Below are positions 25,493 through 38,568 of a stretch of 64,000 nt of DNA, piece after piece. The translations under genes were made by a program, and so were the position numbers. Under the pieces are notes generated by a model. It was not told the DNA's origin and did no database searches. It worked only from the letters and a program-made list of their open reading frames with translations. This DNA comes from Squalus acanthias (Eukaryota), in contig CM059434.1 of assembly GCA_030390025.1 (NCBI GenBank), positions 132,494,001 through 132,558,000 on the forward strand, in the 5' to 3' direction. Position 1 is the first letter of the stretch. The number at the start of each line of letters is the position of its first letter.

Positions 25493-26454
25493 ATCAATCT
25501 GAATGGGGGAATCAGTCAATAAAGTAGCCCTGTTGCTGTGCATGTGTGATAAAATTCGTGCTCAATCTTCACTTTCCTTTCCGTTTAAAAAAAAAGGGTT
25601 CTAGCAGGAAAATGAACATCCGCAAGGACCTGCAAGCATGTTTAAGCACAGATACTGCCCCTCATTCAGAAACTGATGCTGCAGTGAGTTTTGTTACCCA
25701 GTTTTCTGTTTATAAATAGTCTCCAAGCAGCTTCCTCCTTCTACACGTTGGGTTTTCTCATTACTTGTGTGTAAAGTACCCACTTGTGCTTTAATACTGG
25801 AATATGTTCCAAAGTTTGAAAAAAAGGATCAAGATCTGTGAAAACCAGATAGCAGTAGCATCCCTTTTAGTATTTGTTTCCAGGTTTAGTCATAAGTGGT
25901 CTAAGGATGAAAGACTTCTCTTTCCCCAGACCTCAACTCCATTCCTGTGAGTAAGAGCACGAGAGTTGCTTGGTGCATCCTCATATCCCTGTGACTGACA
26001 TCTGTAACCAGGAGAGTTTGTAAATCAAACCCAGATTTCAGCACTTGTTACTTTTCCTCCATTTTCTCTCTTTCTCTGTCCTCTTCTGACGGCACTGACT
26101 CTCCCCATGGATGCTGGCAGGCCTTTGGTGCTTTTCATAAAGGAGCATTCTTCATGTGAGAGCCTGGGCAGTAAGAGTCAGCTGGCTACTTGGCCATGGG
26201 AGGACCATAGCTAAACCTGACCCTGCACTCACCTGATGTGTGTACACAAACGCGCACAGGTACACTTTGTAATATGGGTGACTGGATATTCATCAAGAGT
26301 GGCCAGGGGTGCAGAGATTAATGATGATGCTCCTGCTGCTAAACTAGCTGAGAACATTTAACTTGGTACACGTTTCCCTTTCTCGACTTGTACACTTTTC
26401 CCTTTCTCACCAGACATCTCCGAGGCCAGGTATGTGACGACACTACAAGAAAAG

Positions 26455-26670
26455 TAACAATAACTTGCATTTATATAGTGCCTGTAATGTAGTAAAACGT
26501 CCCAAGGCACTTCACAGGAGCGTTGTCTGAGCCACATTAGGCGATATTAGGACAGGTGACCAAAAGCTTGGTCAAAGAGAGGTTTTTAAGCAGCATCTGA
26601 AAGGAGAGAGAAGTGATGAGGCAGAGAGGTTTTGGGAGGGAATTCCAGAGCTGCCTATGGTGGAGCGATG
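26455..26670 (-). mobile_element. L2 3' end fragment
   Basis: AACTTGCATTTATATAGTGCC..GGTGACCAAAAGCTTGGTCAAAGAG is collinear with 23810-23950. Confidence 0.85.
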
Positions 26671-28363
26671 AATCAAGAAAACACTAATACTGCTCAACTG
26701 TGGTCTGGGAGACAGTGGAGATGAGCCATGGGTGTCCGTTTCCTCTGTGTATCCCGAGCACTTTCCCTGTGACCAATTGCTCCATGGCATAAACTGTTGG
26801 GTAACCTAGGCAAATGGGATTTCTTTGTCACTGACAGCTCTACCTGGTATGTCTCCAATTGGAAATAACTCTTGCTGCACCACACTAGTTAACTTGGAAA
26901 ATGTTAGAAGCAATTTTGTTGTTGCCATGAAATACAATTTTCTTTGTATTGTAATAACTTTGCTGTAAACACCTTTTAACTGCCTTCAGCTGTTCCCGTG
27001 TAATTGAGAGCAGAATGAACCTACTCATTACTTTTTGATGGTTAATGGGTCCCTTATCAAAGCTCAGTATATGCAGATTCAACTTCCATATCTGCACCAT
27101 ATGGTTAATGGCTCCCTCTCTTTCAATATACACCTTTCCACTGAGTGTTCAGGTTGCACAGATTACCTGAGGTTTAACTTTCGATGTCAGTGAAACACTA
27201 TCATTGAACACTCTCATTTTGGCAATAAAATTAAAGGTTATCATTGACTTTTGCACATTGCAATTTAAGTATTTTTGGCTGAGCTCCTTTGTGACTTTGA
27301 GTAAATGTACTGCACTGTGCAGTGACATACAGACAAAAAGGTCCCTGTTTGATTCCCAATCTATGCTGTTGGCTAATCTTGGCCAAAGTAAGGTGAGCAT
27401 AGAGATCCTCCAGGACCTCTAGATTAGGGAGGGGTAAAATCAGACTGGAGAACCATCCAGCGACCACTGCTGGAAAGGGCACGTGCAAATTGTTGGTGAG
27501 AACAGGATTGGATGTCTTCCATGGTGAAATAGCTTGCTGACATTTACTGTGTATGCACACCAGTAATAGACACTTGAGTAAAGTAGTGGAGAGCTACTGG
27601 CTCCCTTGGAACTGTACCCTAACGCAAGTCAGCACCTTCAGAAGAGTGCTGAAGAATTGTCCTGGTCGTTCCGTGATCATCAAGGTGTGATGGACTTTTC
27701 TAAATTCTGCCCAGTTCTAGCATCAAACGTTCCCAGGTCAAATATCGAATGATCAGATACAGAGCTCTTTTTCTAATTATCCACCACCAATACGTTTAAT
27801 GATAGTTTCAGCCTTTACTGCAGTACTGTTAATTGTCAGAACAGTGTGCTTGCCCACTGCATCCCATGTTCTTCTTAAGGGATGCTTGCTTGTGTTTTTT
27901 AATATATTTTAATAGATTATACCCATATAAATACACAGTCAGCTCCACTTTATTTAATATCTGATGAGGGTCCTCTTGGGTAAAATGAAATGGGGTCAGG
28001 GAGATTCCACTTACTGCAGGATATCAATACTGTACAATGTTAGTTTCTCCCCTGTTTTAAATTTCCTATTTTGGCAAAGACCCCATAAGAACTCATATTT
28101 CATGGCATGAAAACCCACATCCAGGTGTTGCTTAAACAGCAAATTTGATGGTAATGGGCTGCATCACATTCTCTTCTGGTAAAAGGACCTTACAGTTAAC
28201 AATCACTTACCTGAATACTGCCTCCCCCTTCTTCAATATTGCAATTCCCATGATTGTGACCTGTTGCATTCAGGCACAATCAGAAATATGAGAAATCTGG
28301 AACCATGATCAAAAATGTTGGAAATACACAGCAGATCAGTCAGTGCCTGTAGAGAGAACCTAG

Positions 28364-29226
28364 GGGGAGAAATTTGGTATCACCCCGTTTGGGGCGTAAT
28401 TATCGGCTGGGCGCAAAGTTTAGCGCCTGGTGCTAATTATCGCCTCCGACTGCAAACTTGGCTTCTATCGCCCCTTGAGGTGATTGGAGCGCTAAATCAG
28501 GCGCTACACACCTCAAGGCACTAACGCCGAGGAGCGAGGCGCTGGCGAAGCTCGTGATGTCAGTCAGCAATGGAACACAGACACACTGGCGTCGGCCAGT
28601 TCTTAAAAGGGAGGGTCGATCTTGCTCTCCATCCACACCCTGCTCATTGCAGCCTTGAATCTCGGCCTGGAGAGACCTGTACATCAAACCTGCTGGAAAG
28701 AACAATGGAGAGGCCCAGGGAAAGAGCTCAGAGTGCAGTCCCCATAGTCTCTTCTAAATCGATGCAAGGAAGGTCAAATCAAAATGAACCTGCAAAGTGC
28801 TGCTCAGTACCCAAAACTCCTTCACACAGCGTTGAATCTCTCCAGAAGTGTGTCTCTCTCAGAATGCGTGGTGCAAAAATGTTGCTGACAAAAAAGGCAG
28901 GAATCGGTCGCCTTTAAATAGTGCTCCCCCAGTCCCTTCCTGACTGCAAAACGTTCCCCTCAACCTGTCGTTGCTAGCGGCAGACAGTAAGGCAGGGGGC
29001 GCCACTCATTGTCCGGACCGCTACCGGGGCGTTGCATGCTCGACTGACGTCACGATCTGCGGGCGCAAGAGATCGTGGCGGTAGTGTTTAGCGCCGCTGC
29101 AAAATGCCCGGTCAATTTCGCAAGCGGCGCAAACATCGCCGCACCCAGGCGCTAGTTGCTTTGCACCCCATTAGCGCTCTTTCAGGGCGCTAACGGGAGG
29201 CGCAAAGCAACCGAATTTTTCACCCC
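28364..29226. mobile_element. Non-autonomous PIF/Harbinger-type DNA transposon (internal deletion derivative)
   Basis: Imperfect TIRs GGGGAGAAATTTGGT / ACCGAATTTTTCACCCC, flanking TAG/TAA trinucleotides, repeated subterminal TAGCGC/GCGCTA motifs and a CpG-rich body. Confidence 0.75.
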
Positions 29227-29444
29227 TAATGTTTTGAATACAACTCTTCAGAACTGATCATTTGTGGAATTGAGGGGGAAAAACGAAAAAACAAGTTCTC
29301 CGAGAGGAAGTTAATGGGTTCAATAACCTATTATTAGATAATGCAACATCATCTCAATGAGGCAATGGAAAGACATTTAAAAGAACATGCACACAGCTAA
29401 AACTGTGAGGGATCCATCCAAGGAATGAGGCGAGAAAATGGAAC

Positions 29445-29960
29445 CATAGAATTGTACAGCATAGGTGGCCATTCGGCCCATCGTGTCTGAGCTAACTCTT
29501 TGCTAAAGCGTTCCGAAACCAATCCCACAGCCTCACAATCTGCCATAGCCCTGTATCTTCCTCTGCTTCAAATGTTTATCAAGATGAAATGGTCTCTGCC
29601 TCAACTACTCCCCGTTGCAACGCACTCTATTCTTAGTCAACTTTCTGTGCAAAGAAATTTCTCCTGACCCCCCTCCTCATTTTTCTCAGTAACTGTTTTA
29701 AATTGGCTACCCCTGGTCACTTACTCCACTGAGAGGTCGCACAACACCAGCTTATAGTCCAACAGTTTTATTTGAAATCACAAGCTTTCGGAGCTATCGA
29801 TCGCCCCTTCCTCAGGTGAAGTCTTACTCCACAGCCATAGGTAATAGTCTAAACCCATAATCTCTATTAAATCTCCTTTTTAGTCCCTTCTGTTACAGTA
29901 GCAATTGGCTCAGTATCTCAAGTCTCACTTCAAAACTATAGTTTTTGATCCCTAGCAAAT
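29445..29960 (-). mobile_element. Degraded CR1 3' fragment hosting a 93-bp insertion
   Basis: CCATAGAATTGTACAGCATAGGTGGCCATTCGGCCCATCG resembles the CR1 3'UTR reverse complement, followed by AAGAAATTTCTCCTGAC. Confidence 0.7.
29730..29822 (-). mobile_element. 93-bp Penelope-derived insertion containing a hammerhead motif (29778-29819)
   Basis: Perfect 10-bp TSD CTTACTCCAC (29720-29729 and 29823-29832). Near-identical to the reverse complement of 31346-31432. Confidence 0.85.
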
Positions 29961-30884
29961 ATAGGGAATTGGAGGGGGGGCGGAAACTTAAGGATGCAGA
30001 TCTAAAATGAAAGTTGAAGGACTTGATACAGACAGTAGGTTTGTCGATCCCAGAAGGAGAACAAAATAATTATCATACATTTCATATTTATTGACACATG
30101 AATCAATTTTAAAGCAAATTAGTAAATGTGTAATAGACTATGCCTGTTGGAAAAAATTGCCTAAAAATATGTAAGGTATTGGGCAATATAAGCTTTATAA
30201 TTGAATAGCTGGGAAACTGGGGTGGTAAGTGGGTTATTCATAGAATACACTTTTGGAGATGTGTTGCTCTTTTAGTTATTGGGTCAGCCTGCTCCTGGGA
30301 TTATCCCACGAGTTTTCATGCTGTATCCTGTTTATACCACAAGTTTAAAAATTAAATGAAGTTAATTAGGTAAAGAGGTAGAATGGATGGATATAATGGT
30401 GCACCGTATTCCTTTGTGTAATGGCTCCAGCACAGCTGCAGGCAGTGTAAGTCCTAATTATTCTATTGTGTGTTGAGGGTTTTGAATGTTAATTTGGTTT
30501 GAAGTGAGCATTCAAAGTATAAATCTAAAGAAATGATCCCTTCTTTCCCTGAAAGGAAAATGGCATTGCCGTTGGTTTAGTTGGGAACAGTGAGAGAAGT
30601 GTAGACTTTTGTGGGCCTGCGATCCTATGACCAAGATAAGGGAGCTGCTTTTAGTAATGTAAACATGGGAAACGAGCACCCGTATGCTCTCCTGTGGTGC
30701 AAAGTAAATAAGCCGTAATGTAGAAGTGACTTTTGAAACATTAAAAAGAGAATGCCGATGAATGGAACTTTTCCATATCCTAATTTATTTTATCTTTCAG
30801 TGGCTGTGGTATAATCCCTTTTTTAATGTTGGAGTAGATTTTAAAAAAAAATCGAAGTACAGTATCATAGTCAGAAATTGTTCT

Positions 30885-31475
30885 CCAAGCGTTCTCCAAG
30901 GCGGCCTTCGAGACACACGACAACGCAAAATCATCGAGCAGAAACTGATAGCCAAGTTCCGCACCCATGAGGACGGCCTCAACCGGGATCTTGGGTTCAT
31001 GTCACGCTACATGTAACCCCACCTGACATAGTCATCCAGACTCGAGTCGTCGTTGGCTTGTTCACAGATGTGATTTCCAGTAAAAAAAAAAGTAAAAAGT
31101 TTAAAGTTTATGGTTTTCCATACAGACTGCAGCATCTGACACATTAGACCCCCTGTGACCCCACCTCATTGTCTTAGTTGTATTTTGCTATGTCTTTGAT
31201 ATAATGTCTTCCTGACTGACCTGATTGTGTCTCTGCCGAGGTGTGATAAAAGGCAGTCAGAAAGATTAACTGTCGTCGTCTGACATTGTACTCTGCACAG
31301 ACATTGTTCTCTGTCTATATATGCTTTGCCGATTCGTATTCCTTCACTTCACCTGACGAAGGAGCAGCAGCTCCGAAAGCTTGTGATTTCAAATAAAACT
31401 GTTGGACTATAACCTGGTGTTGTGCGACTTCTCACTTTTGTCCACCCCAGTCCAACACCGGCATCTCCGCATCAA
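30885..31475 (+). mobile_element. Penelope-like retroelement 3' fragment (GIY-YIG C-terminus plus terminal repeat)
   Basis: VLQGGLRDTRQRKIIEQKLIAKFRTHEDGLNRD resembles the PLE GIY-YIG end (E..I..F.T...GLN), followed by a hammerhead motif and AATAAA. Confidence 0.85.
31349..31386 (+). ncRNA. Minimal type-I hammerhead ribozyme motif (Penelope-associated)
   Basis: TCAC-CTGACGA-A-GGAGC-AGCA-GCTCC-GAAA-GC-TT-GTGA: catalytic core, 5-bp stem II, palindromic AAGCTT stem III and 4-bp stem I. Confidence 0.8.
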
Positions 31476-32499
31476 GAAATTGTAATGGCATTCTCCTCTG
31501 CTTGGACCTCACTAAATGGAGCAGTCCCTTATCTCTTGTTGATCATTTGCCTTGCATGCTTTATATTTTACTCTGGTAAGTTCTAAAGAACTTTTATTTT
31601 CAAACTTTCAGCTGTTTTGGGGAGTAGTGGTAGGGGAAATTGAAAATGATGTCTTGCATGTTTCAGTTAAATGAAGTTGACGGAAAAGTGTGTAAATTGC
31701 CTGTAATTATATTAAAATGTTCCTTTTGGGCTTTACTTGAGCTGCTCAAAAGGAACCTTTTTTAAAAATGTAATCCGTCCAATGTTAAAGATGTAGTACA
31801 GTAATAGGATTGGTGTCTGGGGAAAATTTATTATGATATTGTAGAGGAACTCGATTACTGTTGCCCAACTTGCCCAGTATATTGAAAATTGAACAGTTTC
31901 ATAAAAGTGGGAAGAGTTTGCCTTTAGATATTGGGTTTTAGCAGTAAAATTGAGATCTGTTCAAGTATTGCATACCCATTTATCACTGTCTTTTTATTGA
32001 AAGCAAATCGATCTGCATACAAGATTTGAAATTAAACCAGGTACTAAATCTTTAAGAAAATGTTCAAATCATGTATTTTTCCTCCTTTTTGCTCTTTGCA
32101 TCCCATGTAGTATACACTGGTCCAAAGGGCAAGAAGCCAATCTACTCTCTGACCTCTTCATTAGAACTGTCCACTATAAGATGTGTGGGGAGTGACTTGG
32201 ATAGCTTGGCTTTTTAATAAAAGAATCTAATCCTAAAGGCACTGACTGTGACTGGGGTTCAGTCCCACAGGTTCTGGTGAATCTCTGGTTCTTCCTCAAA
32301 GTGATCATTCCTAATACATGAGCTTAGACGGTAAGTTTTAGCAGGCTGCTTGACTGCAAGAGAAGGCACAGCCTGATCCTATCCTCAGCTGAAGTAAATG
32401 CATGTTTTTTGGCAGGACTCGCTATATTGTAATCCGATGCAGAACCTTGGCTTATTTTGCCCCTTGCTTTTCAGCCTGGAAAGGAGGTGGCTGGGATGT

Positions 32500-32790
32500 G
32501 ACCTTAGAGAGGTTTATAAGGTAATCAAGGGAAATCTGTGATTGTAATTAATATTGTGAGAGGAGGACAAGTGGACATAGATTCAATCTAGTAAAAGGTA
32601 AATTGAGGACTGAAATCAGGAATTGCTTCTTCAAGCAGAGTGATCAACATGTGGTATAAACTTCCAGGGAGAGCAATGAGCTGAAATCTTTTAGATGCTG
32701 AAATTGGAGGGTTGGGCTTTAGATCTTTCGGGTGGATGAATTAAGATGGGAAGACTGGCCTTCCTCAACTGTAGTTATCTTGTGATGCGA
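32500..32790 (+). mobile_element. Degraded CR1 3' fragment
   Basis: GACCTTAGAGAGGTTTATAAG and TTCTTCAAGCAGAGTGATCAACATGTGG remnants. Confidence 0.6.
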
Positions 32791-34904
32791 TGAGGAAGAT
32801 GTGCAAAGCATTGACTCTCCTTTGCACAATCTGGGGTCCCCTCCAGATTTGGAATTATTGTGCAATTGGAAGATGGGCTTTGTGCTCTCAAAGTGCACCA
32901 CAAATCTCGTGCGTTTTATTTTTATTCTCATGGCTGTCCTTGATGAGATTAGGTCAATTTGCAGTTTGCACAAACAGACTACAGAAGCTGGTTACCTTGA
33001 GCTAACCTGTATTTGATCTTCCTCTGATTTTTCTTCCCCTTCCCCACCCACAATGATTTTGTGAAATTGTAGATTCTGTTGTTTGACCTGGAGTTCATGG
33101 TAATTGCTTGGCTAGAGTGCATATTGCTCCCATTGCAGAGAGAATGAGCATGCTGCATCACAAAAGCAGACTTGATGTGGTCACAGGTTATTAAACAAGC
33201 TGGATATGAAATCTGGTACGGTATTAACATCCTCATTAGTGCTGTGGATGTTGATGGGAATATTATAAAAGGTATTGAGATAAACGTTTATCGATTAATC
33301 TTATTGCAAAATTGAGCCTTTTTTTTCATTGGACAGTTACCACATTTTATGGAATGTTTCTGTTCTGCCCTGATTATTGCATTTATTTGAAGAAAGATGG
33401 GGAGAGGGAGGAAGTAGAGCTGCTTGGTAGCTCAGTAATGAAATGCATTATCACTTGGTGCAGAGCCATGTTTACTGAGAAGGTCTCGGGCTTGGTCTCT
33501 GTTCCGCACTGAGCTAACTGACCTCCGTTGTGGTGGCAATGGGGCAGTGAGGCTAATTGCATTCATAATTAACCTCCGTATTTCTCGAAGTGGGAGAGGA
33601 AAAAGTCACCCAATGCTGTTCACTGTCCAGCAGCTCCTTTTGCAGTTTCCATGTTGGATGAGGATTGAGTTCGGCTTGACTGTGATGGCTTTTGTGATTG
33701 AATTGCCCACAAATGCTCATCTAGGCTACGACCTGTAGAATGGCACTTTGGGTGAGGCATAGTAAGGATCCAGCCAATGGAGTTGAATCCGTGTGAGTCA
33801 CCTCTTTCCAGAGGAGTAGAAACCAAAACCCTTTTCCTATTCCTTTCAGTGCATCTGTGTGTCTCTGTTTACTGTGTTGCATCGGAAAGACATAGTAAGT
33901 GCGTCATACTAATGATACGTGTAACACTGAGACTTTATTGGTGATATTTCTTCTCTGCGGAAAGCAAGCCACCGCACTAAATTACATGGCAAATTAATAG
34001 ATTCTTCTACCTCATGTACATTACAGAACTGCTTCAGGAAGAGACCAGTTCTGCTGGTCTGACTTCCAGTCCTGCCACTATTGAAACTGGCTTTTTTACA
34101 TATATGTTGGTGACAGGTGGCCATTGTAAGTGGACGATGAAATTGTTTGCATTTCTGAACATGCTCGCGCTAGAAAAAGCATAGATTCCACGGCAGCCCG
34201 AGGTGAGAGGCAGACTCGGCTGTGCTCCAGACAGCCCAGCTTTTCAGAATGTTAACTTCAAATGCAATGAGTTGTATGAGAGTGGATGGCGGGATTTGTT
34301 GACAATATTGTAAAGATGTTCCTAAAACTCATTAAGAGGAGATCGTTCTGAACAGACCTGTGGTTGGAATCTATGTCTTTTTCAAGTAAAAATTCTATTA
34401 AGGACTGGACGTGTGGAGGAGAGAGAGCCTGCTCCTGACTTGATTACTCATGCATTTTGTGATGGGGTCACTTGTTAAATGTATTTGGTAGGCAATAAAG
34501 CTGCTGCAGCACACCCTCTGTTGACATGTGGCAATGCTTCCTCTGGCTGTCAAGCTTACTGCAACACAGAAATGTGACAAATGCCACTTTTTAAAAATTC
34601 TATGTATGTGTGTGACATGTATCAATGTGTGTGTGTTCCCTCTCTCTTCCCCTCCCCTACCCCATGGTGTAATACATCCCAAACTAAGCTACCAAAATAA
34701 TGTATAGTGACAGAAATGGTTGTCGTGTATGGTTCATATCCTGGAATATATTAGTTCTGTGTTTCTATGGACGAAGGGGAATTTTAAATGTGAAAGCAAT
34801 TCCCTGGTGAAATGTTTGAAAAATGGACAGGGATTTATCTACAGTGCTTGTTTGCTCATTTTACTCCTTGAAATATTAATCTGATTTTTTTTATATTTTA
34901 TCTT

Positions 34905-36170
34905 CGATCATGGGATGTGGGCGTCGCTGGCAAGGCCAGCATTTATTGCCCATCCCTAGTTGCCCTTGAGAAGGTGGTGGTGAGCCGCCTTGAACCGCTG
35001 CAGTCCGTGTGGTGAAGGTACTCCCACAGTGCTGTTAGGGAGGGAGTTCCAGGATTTTGACCCAGCGACGATGAAGGAACGGCGGTATACTTCCAAGGCA
35101 GGATGGTGTGTGACTTGGAGGGGAACTTGGAGGTGGTGGTGTTCCCATGCGCTTGCTGCCCTTGTCCTTCTAGGTGGTAGACGTCGCGGGTTTGGGAGGT
35201 GCTGCCGAAGAAGCCTTGGCGAGTTGCTGCAGTGCATCTTGTAGATGGTACACACTGCAGCCACAGTACACTGGTGGTGGAGGGAGTGAATGTTTAAGGT
35301 GGTTGATGGGGTGCCAATCAAGCGGGCTGCTTTGTCTTGGATGGTGTCGAGCTTCTCGAGTGTTGTCGGAGCTGCACTCATCTGGGCAAGTGGAGAGTAT
35401 TCCATCACATTCCTTACTTGTGCCTTGTAGATGGTGGAAAGGCTTTGGGGAGTTGGGAGGTGAGACACTCGACGCAGAATACCTAGCCTCTGACCTGCTC
35501 TTGTTGCCACAGTATTTATGTGGCTGGTCCAGTTAAGTTTCTGGTCAATGGTGACCCCCCAGGATATTGATGGTGGGGAATTCGGCGATGGTAATGCCAT
35601 TGAATGTCAAGGGGCGGTTGTTAGATGCTCGCTTGTTGGAGATGGTCATTGCCTGGCACTTGTGTGGCACGAATGTTACCTGCCACTTATCAGCACAAGC
35701 CTGAATGTCATCCAGGTCTTGCTGCATGCAGGCATGGACTGCTTCATTATCTGAGGAGTTGCAAATGGCGCTGAACCCTGCAGTCATCAGCGAACATCCC
35801 CACTTCTAACCTTATGTTGGGGGGAAGGTCATTGATGAAGCAGCTGAGGATGGTTGGGCCTTGGATACAGCCCTGAGGAACTCCTGCAGCGATGCCCTGG
35901 GGCTGTGATGATTGACCTCCAACCACCACAACCATCTTCCTTTGTGCTAGGTATGACTCCAGCCAGTGGAGAGTTTTCCCCCAATTCCCATTGACTTCAG
36001 TTTACTGGACTCCTTGATGCCATACTCGGTCAAATGCTGCCTTGATATCCAGGGCAGTCACTCTCACCTCACCTCTGGAATTCAGCTCTTTTGTCCATGT
36101 TTGGACCAAAGCTGTAATGAGGTCTGGAACCCAAACTGGGCATCAGTATGCAGGTTATTGGTGAATTGGA
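34905..36170 (-). mobile_element. CR1-like non-LTR retrotransposon 3' part (frameshifted RT)
   Basis: GVPQG..GPTILSCFINDLP..MFADD, WQVTFVPHKC, YKAQVRNVMEYSPL and WNSLP motifs spread over several frames. Confidence 0.9.
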
Positions 36171-37721
36171 ATTAATCTAGTGGTGCTCTTGTATCCCTCA
36201 ATTGGAACAGCTGCTGTGGTTAATACAGCGACTCCCATAAACCTACCTGATTTTTGTTGCCTTCATCTCTTTATTAGAAAGGAAGGTGAAAGGCATCTTT
36301 GGTACTGGATGACATTCAAGTACTCCAGTTCTGTCTGACAAAAGTTAAAGCAGATCAGCATCTCGTTAACTCTTTCATTCCAAGCAAAACAGCTTTATCC
36401 CGCGCTTGCCCCCTTAAAAGACCTAGCTTGTTGTATTAAGCATTTTAAACAGGGAGTTTTCTTTATATCTCAGTTATAAGTAATGACGTGAATGCACCAT
36501 GATTTAACATTTTTTAAAATTTAATGAAGCTTTGGACTCTGGTCCCTTTTTTAAAAAAAAATTCAGTTGTCCTTCAAACATTTGTGCCTTGGGCATGTAG
36601 TAACTGCTCATGGGTATGAAGTTTTGAAAAACAGCATGCAACAAATGGTCTATACTTTTGGTAATGTCAAATATCTTGTTTTCAGCCTCCTCCTGTTATT
36701 TACCTTTTTAAATGTAATTTTTTTTTAAGTACTTGCTTGAATTTTTACAACAGCAGTTTTTTAGAGTTACTTAAAGCCGTATGCTTTAACTTCGACCGTT
36801 TAAAAGTTGCAGCTGGAATGATTACCCTGGGCAAGTTTTAACCGTGCCTTTCAATTTCATGCCACGTTACGAATCATTATTATTTATAATAAGGTTACTG
36901 TGATGGAGTAAATGCATGTTGAGATACCCTCACTGTTTGGAGTCCTGAATTGAAAATGATGGGCTTTGCTATGTTAAGACACCAGATTTTATTGTGCCAA
37001 CTTTCTCTATTTCCCTCCAATTCTCCAGAGAATATTGACTACATACAATTCCACTGGCACCGCGTGGCCTCCAATACCTGGGCAGACTCCTAATTCTTCA
37101 GTTGAGCCTTGACACTGATTGTTGGCAGGCTATTCACTTGTTTAGGAGTGTGGGTGGTGGAGGGGAAGATATCTCCGTTAAACCCAGTCTTGTTCTTGCC
37201 CGCCATCAACATGCAAACTTTCCAGCAGGGGCCACTGGATCGTAGTTAGGAGCCCTGGGTGATTTACCTGCTCTATTGCGGAGATCAATCGTATCTCCCT
37301 TACTTTCATCCTAGTGGAGATCAGCTATATCAGCACAGACCGAGAACTCAACCAAGACCTTCCTGGTTTACCAAGTGAGCAACTGGGGGATGAGAGACCA
37401 GTTTAAAGTTGAAAATGGAATGCTATTTGGTTGCTAGAGGTCTGGAGTCTGGCGTTAAAGTTTTAGTGACGTTTTACTTGTAGGATTGAGCCATTCTAAT
37501 GACTGGAGGAAAAGAAATCAAATCCAGCACGGGTCGAGGAAGTGATTATAGAGCAACTGAAGATTCTTGTAGGTGTCAGTACAAAAAACATCCCGTCCAT
37601 AATCTTCCTGAGTTGGGAGTGCTCGAGTCTGATACTGGGTTCCAACAGGTGTACTGTTAATTCTTTTAGAAATACAATCTAGGTAATTGATTTATTTTGG
37701 ATACCTGAACTTGACTTGACT

Positions 37722-38568
37722 TCATAGAATCATAGAGGATAGGAGCAGGAGTAGGCCATTCGGCTCCTCTAGCCTGCTCCGCCATTCAATGCGATCATGG
37801 CTGATCATCCAGTCACTTTCTCCCTATATCCCTTGATCCCTTTAGCCTTAAGAAATATATCCAACTCCTTCTTGAATCTATTTAATGAATTGGCCTCTAC
37901 TGCCTTCTGTGGCAGAGAATTCCACAGGTTCACCACTCTCTGGGTGAAGAAATTCCTCCTCATTTCTGTCCTAAATGGCTTACCCCTTATCCTTAGACTG
38001 TGACCCCTGGTTCTGGACTCCCCGGGCATCAGGAACATCCTTCCTGCATCTAGTTTGTCCTGTCCTGTCAGAATTTTATAAGTTTCAATGAGATCCCCTC
38101 TCATTCTTCTAAACTCCAGCGAGTATAAGCCCAATTGACCCAATCTCTCTCCATACGTCATTCCTGCCATCCCAGGTATCAGCCTTGTGAATCTTCGCTG
38201 CACTCCTTCCATGGCAAGAACATCCTTCCTCAGATAAGGCGACCAAAACTGCACACAATACTCAAGGTGTGGTCTCACCAAGGCCCTGTACAACTGCAGC
38301 AAGACATCCTTGTTCCTGTACTCAAACCCTCTCGCTATGAAGGCCAACATACCATTTGCCTTCTTAACCGCCTGCTGCACCTGCATGCTTACCTTCAGCG
38401 ACTGGTGCACAAGGACACCCAGGTCTCGTTGCACTTCCCCTTCTCCCAATCTATTGCCATTCAGATAATCTGCCTTTCTGTTTTTGACACCAAAGTGGAT
38501 AACCTTGCATTTATCCACGTTATATTGCATCTGCCACGCTTCTGCCCAATCACCCAACCTGTCCAAAT
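37722..38568 (-). mobile_element. CR1/HER1-like LINE 3' fragment
   Basis: 253-aa ORF with WQMQYNVDKC, RDLGVLV, LYRALVRPHLEYCVQFWSP and FFTQRVVNLWNSLP; TCTATGATTCTATG tail. Confidence 0.93.

Noticed and set aside
27960-27995. CTGATGA...GAAA as a further hammerhead (likewise ~49583-49600)
   Set aside because: No pairing stem II or stem I around the core motifs.
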